This document shows positions 53,642 to 63,325 of a stretch of 64,000 bases of DNA, piece by piece. The notes beneath the pieces were generated by a model. That model did no database searches, had not been told where the DNA came from, and saw only the letters and a program-made list of their open reading frames with translations. Positions within the stretch are counted from its first letter, which is position 1, and the number at the start of each line of letters is the position of its first letter. The DNA comes from Candidatus Magasanikiibacteriota bacterium (lineage in GTDB: Bacteria > Patescibacteriota > Patescibacteriia > Magasanikbacterales > GWA2-37-8), in NCBI GenBank assembly GCA_030650025.1, contig JAUSEN010000008.1, positions 1,164-65,163 on the forward strand. Direction: 5' to 3'. Position numbers and translations under genes: made by a program.

Positions 53642-55273
53642 TTATTTTTCGGCCAACGCCGCTTTAATTAGCCCCATAAAAAGCGGATGCGGATTCAATG
53701 GCCGGGACTTAAACTCCGGATGGAACTGCGTCCCCACAAAATAAGGATGGTCCTTAAGCTCAATTATTTCCACTAAATCCGACTCGGGGTTAACGCCCGC
53801 GACCTCAAGACCCGCGGCCTCCATTTGCACCCTGAATTCGTTATTAAATTCATAACGGTGGCGATGCCGCTCGCTAATTTCATCCGCCTTATAAAGCTTG
53901 TGGGCGCGGCTACTCTTTTTTAAAACACAGCGGTAAGCGCCGAGGCGCATCGTGCCTCCGTATCTGTCTTCGCGGATATTTTTGGCTTGTGTCGGGTTGG
54001 CGCTGATAATTAAATACGGACTGTCCGGATTGCATTCCACCGTATGCGCGCCCGTAAAATGCAAAACATGGCGCGCGAATTCGATTGCCGCGAGTTGCAT
54101 GCCATAGCAAAGGCCCAGATACGGAATTTTATTTTCTCGAACGTAGCGAATGGCCGCGATTATCCCTTCTATCCCGCGGGTGCCAAACCCGCCCGGAACA
54201 ATCACCGCGTCAAAACTGTTCAGCTCTTTTAATTTGGCCGGGTTAGCCTCGTACTCTTCCGAATCCACCCACGTCAATTCCGGTTTAACGTTATGCGCGA
54301 AGCTGGCGTGTTTGATAGCTTCAATGACGGATATATAAGAATCCGACAACGTATAATTGCCGGTGCCAAAATATTTCCCCACGACCGCGATTTTTACCGG
54401 CTGCTCCGAGGTTTTTACTTTTTGCACAAAATGATTCCAGCGCAAATTCTTTTTATTGCGTAATTTCAATTTTAATTGCTTGGCCAAAAGTTCGCTAAAA
54501 TTTTGCCGCTCCAGCAAAGCCGGAATTTCATAGATACTTTTTACATCCGGAGCCGAAATAACATGATTTTCCGAGCGCATGCCGCAATTAGCTACCAGCG
54601 TTTCTTTGCGCGGCTTATCGAGCTCGTCCGGCCCCCGCGCCACGATAAAATCCGGTTGGAGGCCGCTGTTGTTCATGGTGCGAACGGCATGCTGGGTCGG
54701 CTTGGTTTTCATTTCGCCCAAATGCGATGGCACCGGCAAATAACTCACCAAAACCAAAGCCACATCGTCCGGTTCTTTTAATTTCATCATGCGCGCCGTT
54801 TCCAAAAATAAAATGTTTTGATACTCACCGACGGTGCCGCCGACTTCAATAATCATGACCTTGGCTGCCGAGGCCGCGGCCGCGGCATTAATGCGTTCCA
54901 TTACCTCAAGCGGAATATGTGGCACTACCTCCACGCATTTGCCTTTATATTTCATGGCCCTCTCCTTTTGAATTACATTCAGGTAAATCCGCCCGGTGGT
55001 CATGTAATTGGGCGAGTTAATATCGCAATCCAAAAAACGCTCGTAGTTGCCAATGTCTTGATCAGTCTCGTCGCCATCGTCAGTCACAAAAACCTCGCCG
55101 TGCACAGTGGGGTTCATGGTGCCGGCGTCAACATTAATATAAGGGTCAATTTTAATCGCGGACACTTTAAGCCCGCGATTGATCAAAATGCGCCCGATGG
55201 ACGCGGCGGTAATGCCTTTGCCCACTCCGGACAAAACCCCGCCCACCACAAAAATATATTTTGTTTTCTGCAT
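53642..55273 (-). CDS. pyrG: CTP synthase
   Basis: KYIFVVGGVLSGVGKGITAAS. GATase ...GLCYGMQ... with H/E at ...QFHPEF.... Confidence 0.95.
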   Translation of the reverse strand: MQKTKYIFVVGGVLSGVGKGITAASIGRILINRGLKVSAIKIDPYINVDAGTMNPTVHGEVFVTDDGDETDQDIGNYERFLDCDINSPNYMTTGRIYLNVIQKERAMKYKGKCVEVVPHIPLEVMERINAAAAASAAKVMIIEVGGTVGEYQNILFLETARMMKLKEPDDVALVLVSYLPVPSHLGEMKTKPTQHAVRTMNNSGLQPDFIVARGPDELDKPRKETLVANCGMRSENHVISAPDVKSIYEIPALLERQNFSELLAKQLKLKLRNKKNLRWNHFVQKVKTSEQPVKIAVVGKYFGTGNYTLSDSYISVIEAIKHASFAHNVKPELTWVDSEEYEANPAKLKELNSFDAVIVPGGFGTRGIEGIIAAIRYVRENKIPYLGLCYGMQLAAIEFARHVLHFTGAHTVECNPDSPYLIISANPTQAKNIREDRYGGTMRLGAYRCVLKKSSRAHKLYKADEISERHRHRYEFNNEFRVQMEAAGLEVAGVNPESDLVEIIELKDHPYFVGTQFHPEFKSRPLNPHPLFMGLIKAALAEK

Positions 55274-55289
55274 AACACGAAAGTCTAGC

Positions 55290-55733
55290 TCATTTACTAG
55301 ATTCGATATTTACTGCCACTTCCGCCTCGAGGCCATGGCGCAATTTGATTAAAATCGTGTGGCTCCCAATTTCTTTAATCGGTCTAGTTTTTATTTGACC
55401 TGGTTCTATCACCAACCCTTTAGCGCTAAGCGCCAGAGCGATTTTAACATCTCCCACGGCGGCATATAATTGGCCTTTCTCACTGGCTTTTTCTTTTAAA
55501 TCTAATTCATAGCCGTCGAGTCGGCTCGCCAGCGCCTGCTGCGCCTGAAGATCTTTTTCCGCGTCGCGGCCCGCTTTGGTATGACGCGCTTCAATCGCAT
55601 TCACATTATGCTGATTAGCTTGCACTGCTAAATTTCGCGGAAACAAAAAATTGCGGGCATAGCCATCGGCCACGTCTTTGACATCATCGGGATTGCCTAA
55701 ACCAGTTACCTTTTTTAAGAGTATTACCTTCAT
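55290..55733 (-). CDS. rplI: 50S ribosomal protein L9
   Basis: MKVILLKKVTGLGNPDDVKDVADGYARNFLFP... matches the L9 N-domain. Confidence 0.9.
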   Translation of the reverse strand: MKVILLKKVTGLGNPDDVKDVADGYARNFLFPRNLAVQANQHNVNAIEARHTKAGRDAEKDLQAQQALASRLDGYELDLKEKASEKGQLYAAVGDVKIALALSAKGLVIEPGQIKTRPIKEIGSHTILIKLRHGLEAEVAVNIESSK

Positions 55734-55768
55734 AACACTTGATTTTTACTGATATTTAGTATATCATA

Positions 55769-56686
55769 GTGATTCTAAATAAACAAATTATGAATTCCCC
55801 AGAAAATCAACTTAAAAAAAGCGGGTTAGTAACATTGGTTGGGCGCTCGAACGTCGGCAAATCCACCCTCTTAAATACCATCATTGGCACCAAAATTGCG
55901 GCCGTTACCGACAAACCTCAAACTACCAGAAACGCTATCCATGGCGTTTTAAACCGGCCTGCCTCGCCGGCAGGCGGGCCAGAAGGCCAGGCAGTTTTTA
56001 TTGACACCCCCGGTGTTTTTAAAAACCACTCTTCTCCGCTTTCTGGCGCTCTCCTCGAGCATGTGCAAGAATCTATTAAACACATTGATTTAATTGTTTA
56101 CGTGGTCGACCCTACTAAACCAATTGGCAGTGAAGAGCGTTATATCATGTCTTTAATACGCAACATCGAAGTTCCCAAAATTTTAGTCATCAACAAAAGC
56201 GATATTCATGAAAAGGAAAAAGAATTTCTAGAAGATTACAAAAGCCTTGGCGATGATTTTGCCGCCGTATTTGAATTGTCGGCTTTGCGCGCCCGCCACA
56301 TTGAACCCTTGATTCAAAAAGTTTTAGAATTACTACCAGTAGGCGAACCACTCTACCCGCCGGATCAACTCACTAATATCGACAAGAACTTCTGGGTGGC
56401 CGAACTAATCCGCGAAAAAATATTTCTAGCCTTGCGCAAAGAAGTGCCATATTCTACGCACGTCGAAGTGGAGAACATTGAAGATAAAACTGATATTTTT
56501 GTCGTCAAAGCGCGCGTTTTAACCTATAACAAAAAATATAAAGAAATGATTATTGGTAAAGGCGGCCGCGCCATTAAAGAAATTGGCATCGCCGCGCGCA
56601 AAGAACTGGAACAAGCTTTAGGTAAAAAAGTATATTTAGAGCTCGAAGTGGAGTATGACCGCCACTGGATCGATCGCGTCGCTTAA
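55769..56686 (+). CDS. era: GTPase Era, with a small in-frame GC-palindrome insertion in the G-domain
   Basis: G1 LVGRSNVGKST; G3 DTPG; G4 NKSD; C-terminal KH domain. The extra segment NRPASPAGGPEGQ before DTPG is encoded by the palindrome CCGGCCTGCCtcgccGGCAGGCGGGCC at 55961-55987. Confidence 0.9.
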   Translation: MILNKQIMNSPENQLKKSGLVTLVGRSNVGKSTLLNTIIGTKIAAVTDKPQTTRNAIHGVLNRPASPAGGPEGQAVFIDTPGVFKNHSSPLSGALLEHVQESIKHIDLIVYVVDPTKPIGSEERYIMSLIRNIEVPKILVINKSDIHEKEKEFLEDYKSLGDDFAAVFELSALRARHIEPLIQKVLELLPVGEPLYPPDQLTNIDKNFWVAELIREKIFLALRKEVPYSTHVEVENIEDKTDIFVVKARVLTYNKKYKEMIIGKGGRAIKEIGIAARKELEQALGKKVYLELEVEYDRHWIDRVA

Positions 56687-56728
56687 AAATTATTAAAAAC
56701 AGCTAAAATTAGCCAAAATATAGCAAAT

Positions 56729-56752
56729 AGGCCTTGACAAAAGGCCTTTTTT
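56729..56752 (+). terminator. Intrinsic terminator of era
   Basis: AGGCCTTgacaAAGGCCT followed by TTTTTT. Confidence 0.7.
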
Positions 56753-56762
56753 GTGCTATACT
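56735..56762 (+). promoter_or_regulatory. Near-consensus sigma70-type promoter (TTGACA-16 nt-TATACT) overlapping the era terminator and driving the M23 peptidase gene
   Basis: TTGACA at 56735-56740 sits in the terminator loop; TATACT at 56757-56762. A GGAGG SD lies 7 nt before ATG 56884. Confidence 0.55.
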
Positions 56763-56883
56763 GTTTAGTTAATTAAGATCAAAAATCGTGCCTAAAAATA
56801 CTTGGCGCGCCTAATGGGTAAGGGGAATTCTCCTCGAACCCTGGGGCGCGTCACGCCTCGTCAACCTGCCATGGAGGTGGCCA

Positions 56884-57615
56884 ATGTACGGAGAACACAG
56901 AAAGGCCGTGAGGCAGTTCTACGTGCTTTGCGCCATCCTCCCGGTGGGAGTGTTGGCCAAGGCAATGTGGGACGCCTACCACGAAGCCCCGGAGCGTGTG
57001 TTTACGTACCATGCTCCGCTCGCGCCCGCGGTCGACCTGCGCGATAAGCAGGCCTGGCCGTGGGCGCCCTTCACGGGCGGCCGGGACTCGGTCCCGGTAG
57101 AGCCGAGGCAGGGAGATCAGGACACCGGCCACGCGCTAGCGCTCCCGGCAGCTGCCCTCGCGGCCCTTCATGCCTGCCCCCTCACTGGGGCGGCCTGCCA
57201 GGTCTCGACCAGGCCAAACCTGCTCGTCGGCGCGGATCGCCCCGGGCGACGCCTTCCAAACGGGGACTGGCTCGCGGGGCACGAGCACAAGGGCATCGAC
57301 CTGCCCGGTGCCGGGAACGACGTCCAGGCCACCTGGCCCGGTGTCGTGGACAGCGTCGTAGAGGACCGGGACGGGTCCTCGGGTCTGATGGTCGTAGTCA
57401 GATCCAACCTTGGAGGCCTGGTGCTGTATCACAAGTACATGCACCTCGCCTCTGTCGCTTCCGGCCTTCGGCCGGGAGTGTCCGTCCGGGTCAGAGAAAA
57501 GCTCGGAGTGTCCGGTGCGAGCGGCGTGAAACAAAGCGCCGCGCACCTGCACTACGAGGTTCGGAGTCAGGCCGAGGGTGGGTCGTTCTACGACCCCACT
57601 CCCCTGATCCACTGA
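56884..57615 (+). CDS. Secreted M23-family (LytM/lysostaphin-like) zinc metallopeptidase, encoded in a GC-rich island
   Basis: Signal-peptide-like FYVLCAILPVGVLAKA. HxxxD HKGIDL; ...MVVVRSNLGGLVLYHKYMHLASV...; HxH SAAHLHYEV. Strong SD ccatGGAGGtggccaATG. GC content is far above the flanking DNA. Confidence 0.8.
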   Translation: MYGEHRKAVRQFYVLCAILPVGVLAKAMWDAYHEAPERVFTYHAPLAPAVDLRDKQAWPWAPFTGGRDSVPVEPRQGDQDTGHALALPAAALAALHACPLTGAACQVSTRPNLLVGADRPGRRLPNGDWLAGHEHKGIDLPGAGNDVQATWPGVVDSVVEDRDGSSGLMVVVRSNLGGLVLYHKYMHLASVASGLRPGVSVRVREKLGVSGASGVKQSAAHLHYEVRSQAEGGSFYDPTPLIH

Positions 57616-57621
57616 CCGAGG

Positions 57622-57716
57622 TGGGCAGAGCGGTCGCCTCAAGCGATCGCTCTGCCCCACCTGTAGTATCATCAAAAACAAAATCCCCTGAGCCTAGTCG
57701 AAGGGGAATTTTTTTA
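57622..57716. terminator. Two consecutive hairpins ending the M23 island. The distal one (ATCCCCTGAgcctagtcgAAGGGGAAT plus T-run) is a bidirectional terminator shared with ctpA.
   Basis: GGTGGGCAGAGCGgtcgcctcaagcgatCGCTCTGCCCCACC, then CCCCTgagcctagtcgaAGGGG plus AATTTTTTTATTTT. The minus strand has the same hairpin plus ATTTTGTTTTT. Confidence 0.6.
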
Positions 57717-58979
57717 TTTTAATAATTCTAAAGCTTTTTTGAGAGCCGCGTCTTCCCCGGCCGGCTCGGCATCCAATTTTTCTGTTATCTCAAAATCAGG
57801 CGTAATGCCTTTTTCGTTTATATTATTCCCCGCTGGAGTAAACCACTCGGCCACGGTAATTTTTAAAGCCGAACCATCCGAAAAAGTTTCAAAATCCTGC
57901 ACCGAGCCTTTACCAAAAGTCTTGGCACCCACCACAATCGCGACTTTATTGTCTTGAAGCGCCCCGGCCACGATTTCCGAAGCCGAAGCCGAGCCGCCAT
58001 TGACCAAAACCACGGTTTTAACACCCAGCAAACGATGCTCGCCGCGCGAGATATGCTTGTTCTCCCGGCCAGTGCTGAATTTTTCCGCCACGATTACGTC
58101 GCCTTCAGAAATCCATTCGCCAGCCAAACTCACGGCCGAATCCAGATATCCGCCCGGGTTGCCGCGCAAATCTAAAATGATTTTCTGGCCCTGTTTCTTT
58201 TTAAACTCTTGAATCGCTTTACCAAATTCCGGAACAGTCCGGTCGTTAAACTGCATCACGCGTAGGCGGAGCGCGCCTGGCGCTTCCCACACCATCATCG
58301 TCGCCGGAACATTAATCTTGGCTCTGGTTATTACGTAATCTTGCGCTTTTCCCAAACCATTTCGGCTAATGGTTAGGGTGGTCGTACTGCCCGCCGGACC
58401 CCGGATTAATTGCACCGCCGAAATCACATCCATCCCAAGCGTGATGGTTTTATCAATCGCCAAAATTTTGTCTCCGGGCCGCAAACCCGACCGCTCAGCC
58501 GGTGAACCAGGGAGCGGCGCCACCACGGTTAACTGGTCGTTCTTAAAGCCGATTTCCGCGCCAATGCCTTCAAACTCTCCCGCGAAACTTTTCTGAAATT
58601 CGTCCGCCGCTTTAGGCGGAAAAAATAATGAATACGGGTCGCCGAGAGACCCTACCAATCCCTGAATCGCTCCATAAAACATGTCCACATCTTTTACTTT
58701 GTCTTTTTTAACGTAAGAATCCTTAATTTTGTCCCAAATATCCCAAAATTGGTTAAAATCAGCGGTCTTCGAATTATTTTTAGTCCGGTCAATGTTGACT
58801 AGCGCGGCCATGTCCGTGGTGCTAGAAGCTCCCACTTCTTTTTTTAATTCCGATGTTTTCCCAATTAAAAGGCCAAGCGCAAAAGCGCCGACTACCGCGA
58901 TCAGTGTTAAATAAACTGTGATATAACGCGTGGCTTTAAATTTTGTTGGAGAAATTGGCGCCATAACTGGTTTAATCAT
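57714..58979 (-). CDS. ctpA: Carboxyl-terminal processing protease (S41, CtpA/Prc-like) with a PDZ domain
   Basis: N-terminal TM anchor; PDZ ...GLRPGDKILAIDKTI...; S41 ...VLVNGGSASASEIVAGAL...KTFGKGSVQ.... Confidence 0.85.
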   Translation of the reverse strand: MIKPVMAPISPTKFKATRYITVYLTLIAVVGAFALGLLIGKTSELKKEVGASSTTDMAALVNIDRTKNNSKTADFNQFWDIWDKIKDSYVKKDKVKDVDMFYGAIQGLVGSLGDPYSLFFPPKAADEFQKSFAGEFEGIGAEIGFKNDQLTVVAPLPGSPAERSGLRPGDKILAIDKTITLGMDVISAVQLIRGPAGSTTTLTISRNGLGKAQDYVITRAKINVPATMMVWEAPGALRLRVMQFNDRTVPEFGKAIQEFKKKQGQKIILDLRGNPGGYLDSAVSLAGEWISEGDVIVAEKFSTGRENKHISRGEHRLLGVKTVVLVNGGSASASEIVAGALQDNKVAIVVGAKTFGKGSVQDFETFSDGSALKITVAEWFTPAGNNINEKGITPDFEITEKLDAEPAGEDAALKKALELLK

Positions 58980-60276
58980 TTTTAATTTTTAGGCGCGCGC
59001 CCGCGCTATTCAAGAGAGCGTACAAATTTTCGTATCCGCGGTCAATCTCATAAGGATTGCGCAAAATTGACCGGCCTTTGGCCGCCAGCATGCATAAGAG
59101 CACGTTCACCGCGGGGCGCAGCGCCGGCGGGCAGATCACTTCGTTGGCGACAAACTCCGCCGGCCCTTCCACCCACAAGCGATGCGGGTCGAGTAATGTA
59201 ATTTTAGCTCCCAGTTTCTGAAGCTCAAGCGCGTAAACCGCGCGATTGTCATAGGCCCAATCGTGCACCAGTGTCCGACCGCTGGCGCGCGCCAAGATAG
59301 GAATAAATAAAGGCAAATTATCAATATTTAAACCCGGGAAGGGCCGCCCGTATATTTTATCGGGCAAAGCTTTAAGCGCGCTCGGAATAATTTCGATATC
59401 CACAACTTCAAACCAACCATTCTTGGACAAACGCTTATTTTTTAACTTAAATTTTTGCCCCATGACCGTTAATTTTTCTAATTCCAACTCCAAAAATTCT
59501 AACGGGCAATTAGTAATAGTGAGCCGGGAATTAGTCACAATCGCGGCGGCGAGCAAAGTCATGGACACAATCGGGTCGGGCATGATCGGATAACCACTAA
59601 CGCTTTTTAATTTCGAAACACCTTCGATTATCAGAGTGGCGGTGCCGATTCCAGAAATTTTCGCTCCCGCCGCTACCAAAAAATGGCACAAATCCTGCAC
59701 CATGTAATTGGCCGAAACCATTTTAAGAGTGGTGACTCCCTGGGCCAGAGCCGCCGCCATAATCACGTTTTCCGTGGTGGTATCTCCGGACTCATACATC
59801 ACAATTTTCGCGCCGCGCAACTTGTTGTTCACTGCTTCGTAAAATGTTTCCGTGGAAGTTATATTAACGCCCAATTTTTTAAGAGCGTAAATATGCGGGC
59901 GCACCGTGCGCGTGCCAAGCCTACAGCCGCCCGATTTATAAAGACGAAATTTTTTAACCCGGCCAGCGAGCGCCCCCCAGAGTAGCAGAGACGCCCTGGT
60001 ATTAATCGAAGCGTGCTTATCCAGCTTAGCAGGATTAATTTTTTTAGAAGCATTAACCAGAAGACGGCCTTGGCCTTGCCATTTCACTTCTACTCCCAAA
60101 CTTTTAATAAGATCAATAATTCGTTTAACTTCCTCAATATTCGGCACGTTTTTTAGGGTTGTGACGCCCTGAATGGCCGTGGCCGCGCACAAAATAGCCA
60201 GCGCCGAATTTTTAGTGGGCTGGGTCGCGATTTGGCCATGGAGCTTCCGGCCGCCCTGAATTTCTAAATAGGCCAT
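58972..60276 (-). CDS. murA: UDP-N-acetylglucosamine 1-carboxyvinyltransferase
   Basis: EPSP-synthase fold. MAYLEIQGGRKLHGQI...; active-site Cys region KSGGCRLGTRTVRPH. Confidence 0.9.
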   Translation of the reverse strand: MAYLEIQGGRKLHGQIATQPTKNSALAILCAATAIQGVTTLKNVPNIEEVKRIIDLIKSLGVEVKWQGQGRLLVNASKKINPAKLDKHASINTRASLLLWGALAGRVKKFRLYKSGGCRLGTRTVRPHIYALKKLGVNITSTETFYEAVNNKLRGAKIVMYESGDTTTENVIMAAALAQGVTTLKMVSANYMVQDLCHFLVAAGAKISGIGTATLIIEGVSKLKSVSGYPIMPDPIVSMTLLAAAIVTNSRLTITNCPLEFLELELEKLTVMGQKFKLKNKRLSKNGWFEVVDIEIIPSALKALPDKIYGRPFPGLNIDNLPLFIPILARASGRTLVHDWAYDNRAVYALELQKLGAKITLLDPHRLWVEGPAEFVANEVICPPALRPAVNVLLCMLAAKGRSILRNPYEIDRGYENLYALLNSAGARLKIKND

Positions 60277-60354
60277 AATTTTGACTTTACGATTTTTAGA
60301 GTGTAGTATTAATTATACTGTTTTCACGCCCTCCTGACAAGCCTGCCTGCTATT

Positions 60355-61722
60355 ATGGAATACCCTGGATCTCATTTTAGAAGAGGCTACCGCCTCGCCC
60401 TCTTAGCGGTGGCTATTTTGATTTTTTTTGGACTTTTGCCATTCGTTATTCTTTACAGCGCCGGCTATCGCTTGAATCTAAAGAGCGGTTGGCTGCGCGC
60501 CGCCGGGGGCCTAAGCTTTGACGCCATCAAACCAAATAATACCGAGGTTTTTTTAAACGAGATTAAAATTCAGGACACGTTCCCCATCCGCTTAAAAAAC
60601 ATTACGCCGCGCGCTTATTCCTTGCGCCTTTTTGCTCCCGGCTACCATAGTTTTGAAAAACTAATTGCGGTGCGCGACCAAACCACTGTTTATATTAAAG
60701 AAATCAACTTAATAAAACAAGCTGAACCAAAACTAATCTTCAGTGGCGACTTGGCTTATTTGACTGGCTCGGCCGATGGTAAGTGGCTAGCTTACGTGGA
60801 CAATTCCTCTCGGACTAGCTCCAAACTAATGCTCGCTAATGCCGCTGACCGAACCGCGCGGCTACTTTATAAACTGCCTAAAAAAATTGAAATCAAACTT
60901 AGCTGGTCTAAAGCCCACTCCGCTCTCGCCCTGGCGACCGGCACTCTCCCTTACAAAAACTTAACAATCGTGAGCGCCGCTCCGAGCGGCTCGCCCTTTA
61001 ATCTGGGTGCGTTAGTAGGGGCGCCCGTTGAAAAATTTGCCTGGAACGACGAGCTAAATCCGGCGTTGTATATCGCCACTGCCAAAAATTTATTCTTTTT
61101 TTCTCTCTCCACCAAACAACTTATCAAAATCGGCCCGAAAAATTTTGGCGACTGGTACGTGGCCGAAACAAAACTTTGGACTGTCAACGAAATTTTTACT
61201 ACCAGCACCGGAAAAAAAATCATCCTCACCAAAGATGCTCTAGGGTTTAGTTCTCAAATTGCGCTACCCGAGAACGACCCGAGCAGTGGCCTTAAGTCTT
61301 GGCGGTTTTTAGACGCGAATGGCGATACCGCCTTGGTGCGAGCTACCTCCAGCAACTTCGCCTGGATAGTAAACCACCGTGGCGCGAGCCGGCTCGATGC
61401 ATTGTTCGCCACCCGCTCTCGGTTTAATAATCATTCTATCCTCTGGAGCCCTTCTGAAGCTTGGCTTTACGCGCCTGGCACCCCACCCATGCTTTTAAGC
61501 CGCACCGGCGACAGACTCCTAGATCTTTATTTTTTAGATAAATTTGATACTCTCGCTCTAATGTGGGATAATAAGATTTCTATTTTTTTCCCGAGCTACC
61601 TAGTAGCCACCGACATCGCGATTGGCCAATTTACCGGCCTCACGCCCGACTTAAATAATAAAATTTTATACTTCACCGGCACCATCAATAATCAAACCGG
61701 ACTCTGGTCGCTAGCTTATTAA
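60355..61722 (+). CDS. Membrane-anchored PEGA-domain protein with a C-terminal beta-rich (propeller-like) region
   Basis: TM anchor LALLAVAILIFFGLLPFVIL. The PEGA-like segment EVFLNEIKIQDTFPIRLKNITPRAYSLRLFAPGYHSFEKLIAV. Confidence 0.5.
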   Translation: MEYPGSHFRRGYRLALLAVAILIFFGLLPFVILYSAGYRLNLKSGWLRAAGGLSFDAIKPNNTEVFLNEIKIQDTFPIRLKNITPRAYSLRLFAPGYHSFEKLIAVRDQTTVYIKEINLIKQAEPKLIFSGDLAYLTGSADGKWLAYVDNSSRTSSKLMLANAADRTARLLYKLPKKIEIKLSWSKAHSALALATGTLPYKNLTIVSAAPSGSPFNLGALVGAPVEKFAWNDELNPALYIATAKNLFFFSLSTKQLIKIGPKNFGDWYVAETKLWTVNEIFTTSTGKKIILTKDALGFSSQIALPENDPSSGLKSWRFLDANGDTALVRATSSNFAWIVNHRGASRLDALFATRSRFNNHSILWSPSEAWLYAPGTPPMLLSRTGDRLLDLYFLDKFDTLALMWDNKISIFFPSYLVATDIAIGQFTGLTPDLNNKILYFTGTINNQTGLWSLAY

Positions 61723-61728
61723 TTATTT

Positions 61729-62133
61729 ATGAAGTTGACAACTTTCACGGACGGCGGCGCCCGCGGCAACCCCGGGCCAGCCGCTCTCGGCGTCGTTATT
61801 AAAAATGAATCTGGCGTCATTCTCTCCGCCTATGGCGAATATTTGGGCTCCCAAACTAATAACTTTGCCGAATATAGCGCTCTGCTCTCGGCCTTAAACC
61901 GGGCGCACCAGCTGGGCGCTACCGAGGTGGCTTGCGTATTGGACAGCGAACTCATCGTCAAGCAAATGAACAGAATATACAAAGTAAAAGAACCCACGCT
62001 CCAAAAATTATTTATTCAGGTTTATAACGCCGCCGCCAAATTTAAACGCGTCTCTTATCGCCATATATTGCGCGCCGGTAATTACGAAGCCGACGCTGAA
62101 GTCAACAAAGCTATCGATAATCATGTAAAATAA
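61729..62133 (+). CDS. RNase H-like (ribonuclease HI family, short type)
   Basis: TDGGARGNPGPAALGVV (D); NNFAEYSALLSAL (E); ...VLDSELIVKQ (D); ...NYEADAEVNKAID (D). Confidence 0.75.
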   Translation: MKLTTFTDGGARGNPGPAALGVVIKNESGVILSAYGEYLGSQTNNFAEYSALLSALNRAHQLGATEVACVLDSELIVKQMNRIYKVKEPTLQKLFIQVYNAAAKFKRVSYRHILRAGNYEADAEVNKAIDNHVK

Positions 62134-62142
62134 ATATAGGGG

Positions 62143-62175
62143 CGGGGTTACCCCGCCCCTATATTTATTTTAAAA
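62143..62175. terminator. Bidirectional intrinsic terminator between rnh-like (+) and metK (-)
   Basis: TAGGGGCGGGGTTACCCCGCCCCTA followed by TATTTATTTT. The same palindrome occurs inside mnmA at 12321-12344. Confidence 0.7.
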
Positions 62176-62176
62176 A

Positions 62177-63325
62177 TTATTTTATAGCCTCTTTCAGGGC
62201 GTCCACTTTATCTACCCGCTCCCACGGGAATTCGATCCTGCCAAAATGCCCATAAGCCGCCGCGGCGCGGTAAATGGGGCGAAGCAAATCAAGATACTCT
62301 ATAATTTTACCAGGCCGAAAATCAAATGTCTTTTTAATGACTTCAATTAATTTTTCGTCGCTGACCTTTCCAGTTCCATAGGTATTGACATTAATACTGG
62401 TCGGTTCCGCGCGGCCGATCACATAGGCAACTTGCAGTTCACAGCGCTCCGCGAGGCCCGCCGCCACAATATTTTTGGCAACATAACGGGCCATATAAGC
62501 GCCCGAACGATCTACTTTGGAAGGGTCCTTGCCCGAGAAGCACCCGCCGCCATGCCGCCCCATGCCGCCATAAGTATCCACGATTATTTTACGGCCGGTT
62601 AAACCCGTGTCCCCTTGCGGCCCTCCTACCACAAATTTGCCGGTCATATTAACGAAAAATTGCGTGTCTTTATCAATATATTTCGCGCAAATTGGTTCAA
62701 TAACTTGCGAAATTATATCTTGGCGGAGTGTTTCCAATTCAACGTTATCGTCATGTTGAGCCGCTACTACCACGTTTTGGAGTCGCGTGGGTTTGCCATT
62801 CACATATTCGACAGCGACTTGGGTTTTACCGTCCGGGCGTAAATACGCTAATTGATCGGTTTTACGCACCACTGCCAAGCGCTCGGCCAGATGATGCGCG
62901 AGCATTATCGGAAGCGGCATCAATTCCGGTGTTTCCGTGCAAGCATAACCAAACATCAGGCCCTGGTCTCCCGCGCCCTGTGTTTCGAGGCCGGCGCGAT
63001 TAACGCCTTGAGCAATATCCGGCGATTGTTCGTGAATAGAAACTAAAATCCCCGCGTGATCAGCGTCTATGCCATACGCTGGGTCAGTATAACCAATATC
63101 TTGTAAGACGCCGCGCGAAATTTTCTGCACATCAACATAGCCTTTAGTTGTGACTTCTCCGCCCACAATCAGAAGGCCCGTAGTAGTAAAGCATTCCACC
63201 GCGACATGCGAATTAGGGTCCTGCTCGAGCAACGCGTCCAAAACCGCGTCCGAAATTTGATCGCAAATTTTATCCGGGTGCCCCTCGGTTACCGACTCTG
63301 AAGTAAATACAAAGTTCTCTGCCAT
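62177..63325 (-). CDS. metK: S-adenosylmethionine synthetase
   Basis: [31 protein letters not shown]...; GAGDQG; GGGAFSGKD-like ...[16 protein letters not shown].... Start trimmed to the ATG at 63325. Confidence 0.95.
   Translation of the reverse strand: MAENFVFTSESVTEGHPDKICDQISDAVLDALLEQDPNSHVAVECFTTTGLLIVGGEVTTKGYVDVQKISRGVLQDIGYTDPAYGIDADHAGILVSIHEQSPDIAQGVNRAGLETQGAGDQGLMFGYACTETPELMPLPIMLAHHLAERLAVVRKTDQLAYLRPDGKTQVAVEYVNGKPTRLQNVVVAAQHDDNVELETLRQDIISQVIEPICAKYIDKDTQFFVNMTGKFVVGGPQGDTGLTGRKIIVDTYGGMGRHGGGCFSGKDPSKVDRSGAYMARYVAKNIVAAGLAERCELQVAYVIGRAEPTSINVNTYGTGKVSDEKLIEVIKKTFDFRPGKIIEYLDLLRPIYRAAAAYGHFGRIEFPWERVDKVDALKEAIK

Noticed and set aside
57060-57722. ORF-track ORFs 57060..57722 (+, 220 aa, Arg/Pro-rich) and 57136..57681 (-, 181 aa) inside the GC-rich island
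   Set aside because: These are overlapping alternative frames of the M23 peptidase gene. Long stop-free frames are expected in high-GC DNA. They have no motifs and low-complexity Arg/Gly/Pro composition.
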